In this document: positions 27,443 through 36,553 of the stretch, piece by piece
Layout of the letters: every line of letters begins with the position of its first letter
Position numbering within the stretch: the first letter of the stretch is position 1
DNA from: Demequinaceae bacterium
Lineage (GTDB): Bacteria; Actinomycetota; Actinomycetes; Actinomycetales; JAJYRW01
DNA: 58,500 nucleotides
Assembly: GCA_027322505.1 (NCBI GenBank)
Contig: DAHVRJ010000074.1
Location: forward strand, 1-58,500
Direction of reading: 5' to 3'
The notes under the pieces: generated by a model
Seen by the model: only the letters and a program-made list of their open reading frames with translations
Databases searched by the model: none
What the model was told of the DNA's origin: nothing
Program-made: the position numbers and the translations under genes

Positions 27443-29461
27443 TTAGGTTTGAGATATGAGTTGATGCTGGCGCGCGGCCTGGGCGGCATGCGCGAGCGAC
27501 TGAGAAGACTGCAGCGATGAGAGGTCTCCCGGCTCCTGGCCAGTAAAGAGTTCTCCCAGTACGCGGCGCAGAATTTTTCCAGACCGGGTGCGGGGCAAAT
27601 CCGGAGTTAAAACAACTGCCGACGGCCGCGCGACGGGGCCAATTGTTCGCGCCACGTGCTCACGCAGTTCCTGACTTAAAGCCGCTTGCTCGGACGCGTT
27701 GAGCTGCGCCGCGGAAGCCTGCGGAATTACAAACGCAACCAGTGCTTGGCCCGTTAGCTCATCAGGCACCCCCGTTACGCCGGCTTCTACCACGCGGGGG
27801 TGGGCGACCAAACTGGATTCAATTTCGGCAGACGATAGGCGATGGCCAGAAATATTTAGGACGTCGTCGAATCGCCCCAGAACTGTTATGTCACCCTCGC
27901 TATCGCGCCGGCCGGCATCCCCAGCCACGTAGTAACCGTGCTTGGCATATTCCGCCCAGTAGGAGTTGAGGTAGCGCTCGGGGTCTTGCCACACGGTGCG
28001 GGCCATCCCCGGCCACGGGTGAGTTATTGCCACCTTGCCCGTGACACCGGGTGCCACTTCGGCGCCGGCATCATCAACAATTTTCACGTCCAACCCGGGC
28101 AGCGGCCGGCCTGCTGCACCGGGTTTTCCAAGGGACTGGCCCGGGAGGTTCGCCAATATCGTGGCGCCGGTTTCGGACTGCCACCACGTGTCGATCACGG
28201 GGGCGCTCCCGCCGCCAATATTGGTTTGAAACCATTCCCACACCGCGGGATTTATGGGCTCTCCTACCGACCCCAAAAGGCGTACCGAAGACAGGTCATA
28301 TGCTCCCAGGTCCAGTTTTCCGTCCCTGTGCCAAGAGATCAGCGAGCGAATCAGCGTGGGCGCGGTGTAGTACGTCGTGACGCCGTAGCGCTCGATAATT
28401 TCCAGGTGGCGGCCCGGATGTGGGGTGTCGGGAGTGCCCTCGTAAATGACCGAGGTGATCCCGTTTAGGAGCGGCCCGTACAGCACGAACGTGTGAGCTG
28501 TAACCCACGCCAGATCCGCGGTAGACCAGTGCACATCTGCCACCCAATCCGCTTTCCCGACCGGTGTGGCGTTGAAATGAGCCCACTGGGCATAGGCGGC
28601 GTGCGTGAGATAGCCCCCGGTGGTGTGCACCAGTCCTTTGGGCCGTCCCGTCGTGCCGGATGTGTACATGATGAACAGTGGATGTTCAGCTGGAAAACTG
28701 CGCGCTGCATGCACCGTTGACGCGGCATCGACCGTCTCATGCCACCACACATCCTGCTGGTCATTCCATGGGATTTGCCCCCGGGCGTATGTTTCCTCGC
28801 CCGTGCGCCGGACCACTATCACCTTCTCCACGTGGTCCAAACCCGCCACGGCCCGATCTACCGTCTCCTTCACGGGTGTGGCCCTGCCGCGCCGGAACTG
28901 TCCATCGGAGGTAATCACGGCCTTGGCTTGGGTGTCAGCGACACGAAAGCGCAGCGCCTCTTGAGAAAACCCGCCGAACACCAGTGAGTGCACGGCTCCG
29001 ATTCGTGCCAGAGCCAGCGTGGCAATGATGGTTTCCAAGATGACCGGAAGATACAAAATGACCCGATCTCCGGCCGTTATGCCCAGTTCTGTAAAGGCAT
29101 TGGCCGCGCGCGCCACTTCATCTTGTAACTGCTGATAGGTCAGCGTCCGCCGATCGCCCGGTTCGCCCTCGAAGTAATAGGCGACTTGATCTCCACGTCC
29201 CCCTGCGACGTGACGATCAACGCAGTTGACGGCGGCGTTTAATTGGCCACCGACGAACCACTTGGCTTCCGGGATGCTCAGCGGACCGTCCCAGTCGCCC
29301 CGGCGCAGCGGCTGGGGCGGATTCCATTCCAAGGCCGTATGCCAGGGCGCATCCCAGTGCAATCGAGCGGCCTGCTGTTCCCACCAACCGGTGGGATCGG
29401 CCGCCGCAATCGCGTAACTGGCGGCCGTCTCATTGGCGTAGGGGGCAAAAATTGTTGTCAT
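27443..29461 (-). CDS. acs: Acetyl-CoA synthetase (AMP-forming)
   Basis: About 672 aa. IMYTSGTTGRPKG, WWQSETG, YYVAGDAGRRDSEGDITVLGRFDDVLNISGHRL and PRTRSGKILRR. The ATG at 29461 forms an ATGA overlap with the permease stop. An alternative ATG lies at 29467. Confidence 0.9.
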   Translation of the reverse strand: MTTIFAPYANETAASYAIAAADPTGWWEQQAARLHWDAPWHTALEWNPPQPLRRGDWDGPLSIPEAKWFVGGQLNAAVNCVDRHVAGGRGDQVAYYFEGEPGDRRTLTYQQLQDEVARAANAFTELGITAGDRVILYLPVILETIIATLALARIGAVHSLVFGGFSQEALRFRVADTQAKAVITSDGQFRRGRATPVKETVDRAVAGLDHVEKVIVVRRTGEETYARGQIPWNDQQDVWWHETVDAASTVHAARSFPAEHPLFIMYTSGTTGRPKGLVHTTGGYLTHAAYAQWAHFNATPVGKADWVADVHWSTADLAWVTAHTFVLYGPLLNGITSVIYEGTPDTPHPGRHLEIIERYGVTTYYTAPTLIRSLISWHRDGKLDLGAYDLSSVRLLGSVGEPINPAVWEWFQTNIGGGSAPVIDTWWQSETGATILANLPGQSLGKPGAAGRPLPGLDVKIVDDAGAEVAPGVTGKVAITHPWPGMARTVWQDPERYLNSYWAEYAKHGYYVAGDAGRRDSEGDITVLGRFDDVLNISGHRLSSAEIESSLVAHPRVVEAGVTGVPDELTGQALVAFVIPQASAAQLNASEQAALSQELREHVARTIGPVARPSAVVLTPDLPRTRSGKILRRVLGELFTGQEPGDLSSLQSSQSLAHAAQAARQHQLISQT

Positions 29462-30360
29462 GCCCATCTCCGTAAGACTCGCTTCTCGCCATGCCCCACG
29501 AGCGAATCGGTCGCTTTGCCCAAAAGAGCAAGTAAGACTATGGCCAGTAAGAGTCGGTCTACGCGCCCATTGTTTTGCGAATCAGTAAGTAAGAAGCCCA
29601 GGCCCACCGAGGACGCAATTAGTTCGGCGGCAACCAAAAAGAGCCAGGCTTGGGCCAGAGCCAGGCGCAGCCCGCTGACGAGCGGGGGAGTGGCGGCTGG
29701 CAAATAGATGGAGCGCAACAGGGCCAATCCCTTTAGGCCGTACGTGCGACCAACCTCGATGAGTTGTCGATCGACATGGCGCAAAGCCGATGCCAGCGTC
29801 GTATAGACGGGGAAGAACGCGCCGATGGCTATGAGCGTTATTTTTGATTCTTCGCCAATCTTCAACCACAGAATTAGCAGCGGTACCCACGCCAGTGATG
29901 GCACTGCGCGCAGCGCGCCAATGGACGGAGCTAAAAATGAGCGAGACAGCGGCGACAGGCCCACTAGGGCTCCCAGCGCCAGGCCCGCAGCGGCCCCGAA
30001 GACAAATCCGAGCAACACGCGCTGGGTGGAAATCGCAATGTGTCCCAGCAACTCTCCGCGCTGCTGCAGGTCAATCAGGGCTTCCCAAACCGCGGCCGGA
30101 GTCGACAACTGGTAGGAGGGAATCAGCCCCGTGGTGGTCACAAAGTGCCAGGCCACCAACACGATAATTGGCAGGGCAGCTCCGGCAACCCAGTGCCATT
30201 TTTGAACGCGCTTTTTGGAACGTGGGCCCCTGCCGCTCCTCGGAGTGGAGGCGGGGAGTGATGCACTTGCGGTAGCCGCAGTTTCTGTCCCGACCCCGGC
30301 ACCCGCCTTGTCTTGTGGACCAGCGGGAGAGACGCCGTCCTTAATCAGTGTTTTTGTCAT
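29458..30360 (-). CDS. ABC transporter permease, NitT/TauT (sulfonate/taurine/nitrate) family
   Basis: 300 aa, multi-TM BPD_transp_1 permease of the SsuC/TauC type. Confidence 0.8.
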   Translation of the reverse strand: MTKTLIKDGVSPAGPQDKAGAGVGTETAATASASLPASTPRSGRGPRSKKRVQKWHWVAGAALPIIVLVAWHFVTTTGLIPSYQLSTPAAVWEALIDLQQRGELLGHIAISTQRVLLGFVFGAAAGLALGALVGLSPLSRSFLAPSIGALRAVPSLAWVPLLILWLKIGEESKITLIAIGAFFPVYTTLASALRHVDRQLIEVGRTYGLKGLALLRSIYLPAATPPLVSGLRLALAQAWLFLVAAELIASSVGLGFLLTDSQNNGRVDRLLLAIVLLALLGKATDSLVGHGEKRVLRRWA

Positions 30361-30362
30361 TT

Positions 30363-31382
30363 TTACTGGTCCTTGTAACGGTCAGAATTTGCTTGCGAGG
30401 CAAAGGTGGGATCAAAGAGCTGGTCGACGGCCCCGTCAATGGTTGCTTGATCGCCAACATCACCGGTTTCGATGAAGATTGGGCCGACTACTTCGAGGAC
30501 TTCGCGCTGGATTTCGCCCGGTACGGGGTCAATATCAAGGCCGGTGCGCTCGAGTACCAACTCGGCAACGTCTAATTCCAGGCCGGCATAGTCGGCAAGA
30601 ATTTCCGCAAGTTCATCGGGGTTTTCATCGGCCCACTGGCGGGCATGCTCATAAGCATCGACGACGGCCTGGGCTAGTTCGGGCTGGTCTTCTAAGAAGG
30701 CTTCACGGGCGTTGAGGAACCCCCAGGTGTTGAAGTCGATATTGCGGTAGAAAAGTTCGGCATCCCAGTCTTTTTCGACCCCGGCCGTGATCGGGTCAAG
30801 GCCGGACCAGGCATCAACGGAGCCATTTTTTAGCGCCGCGGCACCATCAGCGTGCTGGAGGTTTTGCACCTCCACTTCTGTTGGCTCCAGACCGGCTTCG
30901 GCCAGCGCCTGGACTAAGAAGAAGTACGGATCGGTGCCCTTCGTGGCGGCAACGGTCTTGCCAGCGAGGTCAGAAATTTCAGTGATTTGGGAATCGGGTC
31001 CGACCACCAGCGCGGCCCATTCGGGCTGGCTGTAGAGCGAAATTGTTTTTATCGGAGTGCCATTGGCCCGGTTCAATAGTGCGGCCGAGCCGGCAGTGGA
31101 GCCGATATCGAGGGTTTCGGATCGCAGCCCCTCATTGGCTTTATTCGATCCCGCCGACTGCACCCAGGTGACCTCGACGTCTGCCAGTTCTTCTTCGAGC
31201 CAGCCTTTTTCTTTAATAACCAGGCTCAGCGGGTTGTAGGTAGCAAAATCGATTGTCAGGGTTTTGCTACCGGAATCGGTGGGCGATGTGGCCTCGCTTT
31301 CGCCGGCAATGCAGCCGCTTAGCAGCAGGGTTCCGGCAGCGGAAAGAGCAATAATTTTTTGTGAAAAATGGGTAATAGACAT
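30363..31382 (-). CDS. ABC transporter substrate-binding lipoprotein, NMT1/SsuA-like
   Basis: Lipobox LLLSGC. SD GGAG lies 8 nt upstream of the ATG at 31382, which is preferred over 31433. SsuA/TauA-like periplasmic binding fold. Confidence 0.75.
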   Translation of the reverse strand: MSITHFSQKIIALSAAGTLLLSGCIAGESEATSPTDSGSKTLTIDFATYNPLSLVIKEKGWLEEELADVEVTWVQSAGSNKANEGLRSETLDIGSTAGSAALLNRANGTPIKTISLYSQPEWAALVVGPDSQITEISDLAGKTVAATKGTDPYFFLVQALAEAGLEPTEVEVQNLQHADGAAALKNGSVDAWSGLDPITAGVEKDWDAELFYRNIDFNTWGFLNAREAFLEDQPELAQAVVDAYEHARQWADENPDELAEILADYAGLELDVAELVLERTGLDIDPVPGEIQREVLEVVGPIFIETGDVGDQATIDGAVDQLFDPTFASQANSDRYKDQ

Positions 31383-31446
31383 GGGAAACTCCAGGTTTTT
31401 GGGTAAGAAGGGGTAGGGAAAGGGCTTGAACATAGCCCGCGGGTTG

Positions 31447-32316
31447 TTAGCAGTCGCGGTGGCCGACGCCCAACTCTGCCAGCAGTTCGCCGCGTAACTG
31501 CGCTAATTCAGCGCTGGCCCGACTCCGGGGGCGCGGGGCTGTGACCTGCACCTCCCGGGTGATCGTCGCGCCCGGCAGGTCGGTATCGGTGTGCCCCAAA
31601 ACGATGACGCGATCGGCCAGTTGCAGCGCCTCATCAACATCGTGGGTTACCAACAGCACGGTGGTGGGCGACTGCTGATGAATATCCACCAGAAGGTCTT
31701 GCATCCGCAGGCGGGTGAGCGCGTCGAGAGCGCCGAATGGCTCATCGAGGAGTAGGACCCCGGGTTCGCGGGCGAGTGCGCGGGCCAAGGAGGCGCGCTG
31801 GGCCATGCCACCAGAAATCTCGCGGGGACGATGGTCTGCGAAATCGCGCAAACCCACCACGTCTAGCAGGTCATTGACGCGCGCCGTGGCCGTCTTCTTA
31901 TTCGTGCCCAGCGGTAGACCCAGGGCCACGTTGGAAGCAATTGTGCGCCAGGGCAAGAGTCGCGACTCTTGGAAGGCTACCGCCGCGCGGCTGTTGATCC
32001 CGGTAACCGGATACGAACCGATATGCACCTGCCCGGTTGTTGGGGTATCCAGCCCCGCGGCTATGCGCAAGAGCGTGGACTTGCCACAACCGGAAGCCCC
32101 CAGGAGCGCAACGATTTCTCCGGGCGCGATTTCGTAGGTGACATCGCGCAATACGGTGTGCGCGGTGGCGCGGTCGGTAAAGGTTCGGCCCACGTGTTCG
32201 AAACGGAGTTTTTGGGCAGGGGACTGGTCGGCGGCGGAAATATCGGTGCTGCAGGGGCTAAAGGCCGTGTCAGTGTCAGTTTTAGCGGCGGGTTCTGTCG
32301 CCGTTAATGTGGTCAT
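31447..32316 (-). CDS. ABC transporter ATP-binding protein, NitT/TauT family (SsuB/TauB-like)
   Basis: Walker A GASGCGKSTLLR, signature ISGGMAQRASLARAL and Walker B LLLDEPFGALD. The start is uncertain: ATG at 32316 or TTG at 32367. Confidence 0.85.
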   Translation of the reverse strand: MTTLTATEPAAKTDTDTAFSPCSTDISAADQSPAQKLRFEHVGRTFTDRATAHTVLRDVTYEIAPGEIVALLGASGCGKSTLLRIAAGLDTPTTGQVHIGSYPVTGINSRAAVAFQESRLLPWRTIASNVALGLPLGTNKKTATARVNDLLDVVGLRDFADHRPREISGGMAQRASLARALAREPGVLLLDEPFGALDALTRLRMQDLLVDIHQQSPTTVLLVTHDVDEALQLADRVIVLGHTDTDLPGATITREVQVTAPRPRSRASAELAQLRGELLAELGVGHRDC

Positions 32317-32511
32317 TTTGCTGCTTTCAGGTTGGGGCACAGCGCGGTGGATGGCGCCATGGCACAAATTTTCTGGGGCTTACCCAAAGCGCGTGCAACT
32401 ATGCACCGGCGCTGGGTGATCTCCCGGGGATGCGTAGACCTGAAAGCGGTTAAACGCCTCGGCCTGACCTGCCACTTCTTGGCAGCGGCCTAAATGGTGT
32501 TCCGCGGCGTT

Positions 32512-32646
32512 TTAGTGGCTGTCGCGCATGCCCGGGCAGAGCATGCTGAAACACATTCGACAGCTGATGGCCGCGAGTTGGAACTCCGGTTTGGTAAGCG
32601 CAGCGGGGACGGCGAGATGATCGCAGTGCAAGACTTGCGCGTTCAT
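32512..32646 (-). CDS. Unannotated 44-aa Cys/Met-rich small ORF (candidate leader peptide or small metal-binding protein)
   Basis: ATG at 32646-32644 is preceded by GAGAAGGGGAAGAGC (SD-like GGGGA). The translation is MNAQVLHCDHLAVPAALTKPEFQLAAISCRMCFSMLCPGMRDSH, with TAA at 32514-32512. It is below the ORF-track length cutoff. It lies 144-195 nt upstream of the ABC ATPase gene. Confidence 0.35.
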   Translation of the reverse strand: MNAQVLHCDHLAVPAALTKPEFQLAAISCRMCFSMLCPGMRDSH

Positions 32647-32831
32647 GCTCTTCCCCTTCTCTCGTTACGCTGATGCGCTTGATGTGATGCGCTCATGCTT
32701 TTGTGAATCGGTATAGCAACTTAGCGTGTAACAGCTACCGGGGGCAAGCCAGGGTCGGCCTAAGTGATCGAATGCGTCAATCCGTCGCCGCGAGTCGCAA
32801 GGCTTTCGAGCACGAGGTGCCGCATTGGAAT

Positions 32832-32905
32832 TGGAGCGGGTGACGGGAATCGAACCCGCACCGCCAGTTTGGAAGACTGGAGTTCTACCATTGAACTACA
32901 CCCGC
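32832..32905 (-). tRNA. tRNA-Gly (anticodon UCC)
   Basis: The reverse complement reads GCGGGTGTAGTTCAATGGTAGAACTCCAGTCTTCCAAACTGGCGGTGCGGGTTCGATTCCCGTCACCCGCTCCA. Anticodon loop CT-TCC-AA. CCA is encoded. Confidence 0.92.
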
Positions 32906-33240
32906 GTGGGCTGAAAATTATCAGCCAAAAACTGAAAACATCAGCGCGGCGAAACATTACCAGGCGGGGCACAGGGCAGTGCAACTCGGTGCCCACTTTG
33001 TTTGTATCTTTTGCGCTCTTTGGCCCGGCCTTCCGCGTCTTTATTGGGTGCCATGTTCGTCAGATGCGCCCCGTCCTAACTGAAGGCCTTGGCCCGGCAG
33101 AGCTGGCTCAGGTGCAGCGTTGGGCCCTCGCAATTGCCTCCGGTGGGTTTCAGTGGGTAATGTTACTCGCTGGCGTAACTCGCCACAGCCGGGCGCGTGC
33201 ACGTGATTGAGCGCTGGGCAGTAGACTCATCGTTCGTGAA

Positions 33241-33316
33241 CGGGGCGTAGCGTAGTGGCCAGCGCGCCTGCTTTGGGAGCAGGAGATCGGGAGTTCAAAT
33301 CTCCCCGCCCCGACCA
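33241..33316 (+). tRNA. tRNA-Pro (anticodon UGG)
   Basis: CGGGGCGTAGCGTAGTGGCCAGCGCGCCTGCTTTGGGAGCAGGAGATCGGGAGTTCAAATCTCCCCGCCCCGACCA. Acceptor stem CGGGGCG/CGCCCCG. Anticodon stem-loop CCTGC-TTTGGGA-GCAGG. CCA is encoded. Confidence 0.92.
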
Positions 33317-33369
33317 ATGGGCTTTTGGTCAGTTAAATATTTTGCCGCCAACCTGATGGAGAAACTGAA

Positions 33370-34734
33370 GTGAAGAGCGCTGTCGAGACTCTGGACTCAA
33401 CGCGGGTCAAACTCGCCGTAGAGGTGACATTCGAAGAGCTTGCCCCCGTAATTGACCAGGCTCTTGCGCACATTGGTGAGCAAATCCAGGTGCCGGGTTT
33501 CCGCAAAGGGAAGGTGCCCGGTCGCATTGTGGAACAGCGCGTGGGACGAGCGGCAGTTTTAGAACACGCCATCAATGACGGCATGCCCGATTTTTATCGC
33601 CAGGCAATTGAGCAAAACGACCTGCGGCCCCTCGGTCAGCCGGAAATTGAAGTAACGAAGGTTCCAGAAACTACGGATGCGGAAGACACTTTGGAATTCA
33701 CCGCCGAAGTGGATGTTCGTCCCGAACTTCAGCTGCCGGACTGGGAAGACATCACAGTCACCGTCAATGATGTGGACGTTAGTGATGAGGCCGTCCAAAA
33801 GCGGCTGGACACCCTGCGGGAGCGCTTCGGGTCTCTGGTGGGCGTAGATCGTCCTGCAGCCGATGGCGATTTTGTTGTCATCGACTTAAAGGGCGAAGCC
33901 AACGGCGAAGAAATCGACAATGTTTCGGGCGTTTCCTACCAAATTGGCTCCGGCAACATGCTCGAAGGCCTTGATGAAGCACTCATCGGTCTCTCCGATG
34001 GCGAGACCACGACCTTTGAGGCCCCGCTTGCTGGTGGCCCACAGGCAGGTGAAGTGGCACAGATCACGGTCACGGCGCAATCAGTTAAGGAGCGCGACCT
34101 TCCACCTGCCGATGACGATTTTGCGCAACTGGCCTCCGAGTTCGACACGCTCGATGAATTGATGGCAGATCTGCGCGAAGAAGTGGCGCGGGAAAGTGGC
34201 AATGAACAGGCAGTTGAAGCTCGTGACAACCTCTTAGAGGCCATTGTCGAAAAGGTCGACGTGCCCGTGCCTCCGCGCATGGTTGAAGAAGAGGTTCATC
34301 GCCACCTCGAAAGCGAGGGACGCCTGGACGACGATGAGCACCGCACCGAGGTGCAGGAATCGACGCAGAACGCCTTTGAGCGCCAGATCCTGTTGGATTA
34401 CATCGCGGAAAAGCTTTCCGTTGAAGTTACGCAGCAGGAACTCATTGAATTTATGGTCAATGCTGCCGGCCGCATGGGCACCGACCCCAACGAGTTCATT
34501 CAGTCCCTTGATACCCAGGGCCAAATCCCAGCCGTCGTGGGCGAGGTAGCGCGCAATAAGGCGCTTTCGCGGGCGCTGCGCTACGTCAAGGTTGTCGACG
34601 AGTCGGGCGAGAATGTCGATTTGACTGAATTCATTGGCTCCGATGAGGAGGATGCCGCCGCGGCTGCGGAGGCAGAAGCAGCAGCTGAGCAGGCTGACGG
34701 CGCGGATGAAAATGGTGCTGAAACCGGCAACTAG
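33370..34734 (+). CDS. tig: Trigger factor
   Basis: 454 aa. Typical start VKSAVETLDSTRVKLAVEVTFEEL and the motif IQVPGFRKGKVPGRIVEQR. Acidic C-terminal tail. GTG start with GGAG upstream. Confidence 0.92.
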   Translation: MKSAVETLDSTRVKLAVEVTFEELAPVIDQALAHIGEQIQVPGFRKGKVPGRIVEQRVGRAAVLEHAINDGMPDFYRQAIEQNDLRPLGQPEIEVTKVPETTDAEDTLEFTAEVDVRPELQLPDWEDITVTVNDVDVSDEAVQKRLDTLRERFGSLVGVDRPAADGDFVVIDLKGEANGEEIDNVSGVSYQIGSGNMLEGLDEALIGLSDGETTTFEAPLAGGPQAGEVAQITVTAQSVKERDLPPADDDFAQLASEFDTLDELMADLREEVARESGNEQAVEARDNLLEAIVEKVDVPVPPRMVEEEVHRHLESEGRLDDDEHRTEVQESTQNAFERQILLDYIAEKLSVEVTQQELIEFMVNAAGRMGTDPNEFIQSLDTQGQIPAVVGEVARNKALSRALRYVKVVDESGENVDLTEFIGSDEEDAAAAAEAEAAAEQADGADENGAETGN

Positions 34735-34782
34735 TCTGCAGCTGGCAGCTATTTAAGCTTTTAAGCGCGATTTCGCGGGTGA

Positions 34783-34823
34783 GCGGTCACTTTCCGAAAC
34801 ATGGAAAGTGACCGCTTTCTTTG
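34783..34823 (+). terminator. Intrinsic terminator of tig
   Basis: Perfect 13-bp stem GCGGTCACTTTCC / GGAAAGTGACCGC with a 7-nt loop, followed by TTTCTTTG. Confidence 0.8.
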
Positions 34824-35010
34824 TCCCCTGGGGAGCCAGATTGAAGGCGTCACTGCGCCAACAGCGAAACGAAGCCGATATGCGTGCTGTTTGTCAGCCC
34901 GGCGGGTTAGAGTCGTCTTGGCAGTTGAACTTCTAGTGCTGTTGAAAATCATCGGCACCCAGGTGAAGTTCGACGAGATTTTTACTCAAGAAACCGGGAG
35001 CGATTGTCAC

Positions 35011-35634
35011 GTGAGTCAGAAAAGCCCCGCCACTGCGCGAAGCGATAAGGATTCCAACCTGGGTCTCAATGACCATATTTTTAACCGTTTGCTGCGGGAG
35101 CGCATCATTTGGTTGGGGTCCGAAGTACGAGACGAAAACGCCAACGCCATCTGTGCCCAGATGATGCTTTTGGCAGCCGAAGACCCGGATAAAGACATTT
35201 GGCTTTACATCAACTCACCGGGTGGCTCGGTCACTGCCGGAATGGCGATTTACGACACGATGCAATACGTCCAGCCCGATGTGGCGACCGTTGCGATGGG
35301 CTTGGCTGCCTCGATGGGGCAGTTCTTGTTGTCCTCCGGCACGCCGGGCAAGCGGTATGCCACTCCCCATGCGCGCATCATGATGCACCAGCCCTCCGGT
35401 GGTATCGGTGGTAGTGCCACCGATGTGCGTATTGCAGCGGAACTGATTTTGCACATGAAGAAGGTCATGACGGAAATCACGGCTGAACAAACCGGAAAGA
35501 GCGTCGAACAGATCACGACGGACGCCGACCGGGACCGCTGGTTCACCGCAGACGAGGCTTTGGATTACGGCTTCATTGACCAGGTAGTAACGCACTCCCG
35601 CTCCGTAGCAGGCGGCGGCGGTACGAGCGCTTAA
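35011..35634 (+). CDS. clpP1: ATP-dependent Clp protease proteolytic subunit 1
   Basis: [64 protein letters not shown], catalytic Ser in AASMG and MMHQPSGG. The GTG at 35011 is preferred. The ORF-track start at 34801 adds a non-homologous 70-aa extension. Confidence 0.9.
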   Translation: MSQKSPATARSDKDSNLGLNDHIFNRLLRERIIWLGSEVRDENANAICAQMMLLAAEDPDKDIWLYINSPGGSVTAGMAIYDTMQYVQPDVATVAMGLAASMGQFLLSSGTPGKRYATPHARIMMHQPSGGIGGSATDVRIAAELILHMKKVMTEITAEQTGKSVEQITTDADRDRWFTADEALDYGFIDQVVTHSRSVAGGGGTSA

Positions 35635-35677
35635 GTGAATCTAGTTTTTTATCGCCCCCGCTTTAACAGGAGCTAAA

Positions 35678-36373
35678 GTGACGACCGAACGTAATAAACC
35701 CGCACACTCGCTTCCCGCATATCTGAAAAATCAGGGCGGGGTAGCGTACCCATTTGGCGCACCCAACTCGCGCTACATTTTGCCGCAGTTCGAAGAGCGC
35801 ACTGCTTATGGTTTTAAGCGCCAAGATCCCTATGCGAAACTCTTTGAGGATCGAATTATCTTCTTAGGCGTTCAGATTGACGATGCCTCAGCTGACGACG
35901 TCATGGCGCAACTGCTGGTTTTGGAGTCGATGGATCCGGATCGCGACATCACCGTTTACATCAACTCACCCGGTGGCTCCATGACCGCGCTGACTGCGAT
36001 TTACGACACCATGCAATACATTCGCCCCCATGTGCAGACGGTGTGCCTGGGGCAGGCTGCTTCCGCTGCCGCGGTGCTACTAGCGGCCGGAACACCCGGT
36101 AAACGCCTCGCGCTGCCCAACTCGCGCGTCATGATCCATCAGCCCTCAATTCAGGGCGGCTTTGGCCAGGCATCTGATATAGAGATCCAAGCCAATGAAA
36201 TCGTGCGTATCCGGGAATGGCTCGAAAATACCCTGGCGCATCACACCAAGCGAAACGCCGAAGAAATTCGAGCCGACATTGAGCGTGACAAGATCCTGAC
36301 GGCCGAAGAAGCCCTGGAATATGGGCTGGTCGACCAGGTCTTGGAAAGCCGGAAGTCACCGCTGGAGGGGTAG
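35678..36373 (+). CDS. clpP2: ATP-dependent Clp protease proteolytic subunit 2
   Basis: 231 aa. [66 protein letters not shown] and MIHQPS. Confidence 0.9.
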   Translation: MTTERNKPAHSLPAYLKNQGGVAYPFGAPNSRYILPQFEERTAYGFKRQDPYAKLFEDRIIFLGVQIDDASADDVMAQLLVLESMDPDRDITVYINSPGGSMTALTAIYDTMQYIRPHVQTVCLGQAASAAAVLLAAGTPGKRLALPNSRVMIHQPSIQGGFGQASDIEIQANEIVRIREWLENTLAHHTKRNAEEIRADIERDKILTAEEALEYGLVDQVLESRKSPLEG

Positions 36374-36553
36374 GGCTTTAAAAGCCGAAGCGCAGAGACC
36401 GAACTAAAATTGTTGCCAAGTCCTCGGCGGGTACAGATGACGTTGAGGCTTGGGTGCCGTAGCGTTCATGCAACAGTCCTCGAATGAGGGTTTAAGTCCG
36501 ATCCATCTGGACGGTAGTGGCCAGTTCACTGCCTTAAGAGAGGTGTTAGGTCA

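Noticed and set aside
32313-32360. 15-aa upstream ORF (MAPSTALCPNLKAAK) ending in an ATGA overlap with the ATG at 32316 of the ABC ATPase
   Set aside because: It exists only if the ATPase starts at 32316. It lies inside the alternative TTG-initiated N-terminus, has no SD and no codon bias of interest. The evidence is too weak to report as a feature.
32966-33010. Hairpin GGGCAC...GTGCCC followed by a T-rich stretch in the tRNA-Gly / tRNA-Pro spacer (possible orphan terminator or sRNA 3' end)
   Set aside because: The stem is only 6 bp with a 16-nt loop. There is no upstream plus-strand gene or promoter evidence. This is insufficient support.
32764-33210. 148-aa plus-strand ORF between the sulfur cluster and tRNA-Pro
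   Set aside because: It runs antisense straight through the tRNA-Gly gene (32832-32905). The remaining part has no SD or motif. It is treated as non-coding intergenic sequence.
34801-35010. 70-aa N-terminal extension of clpP1 suggested by the ORF track
   Set aside because: The extension begins inside the tig terminator hairpin and has no similarity to ClpP. Homology starts right after the GTG at 35011.
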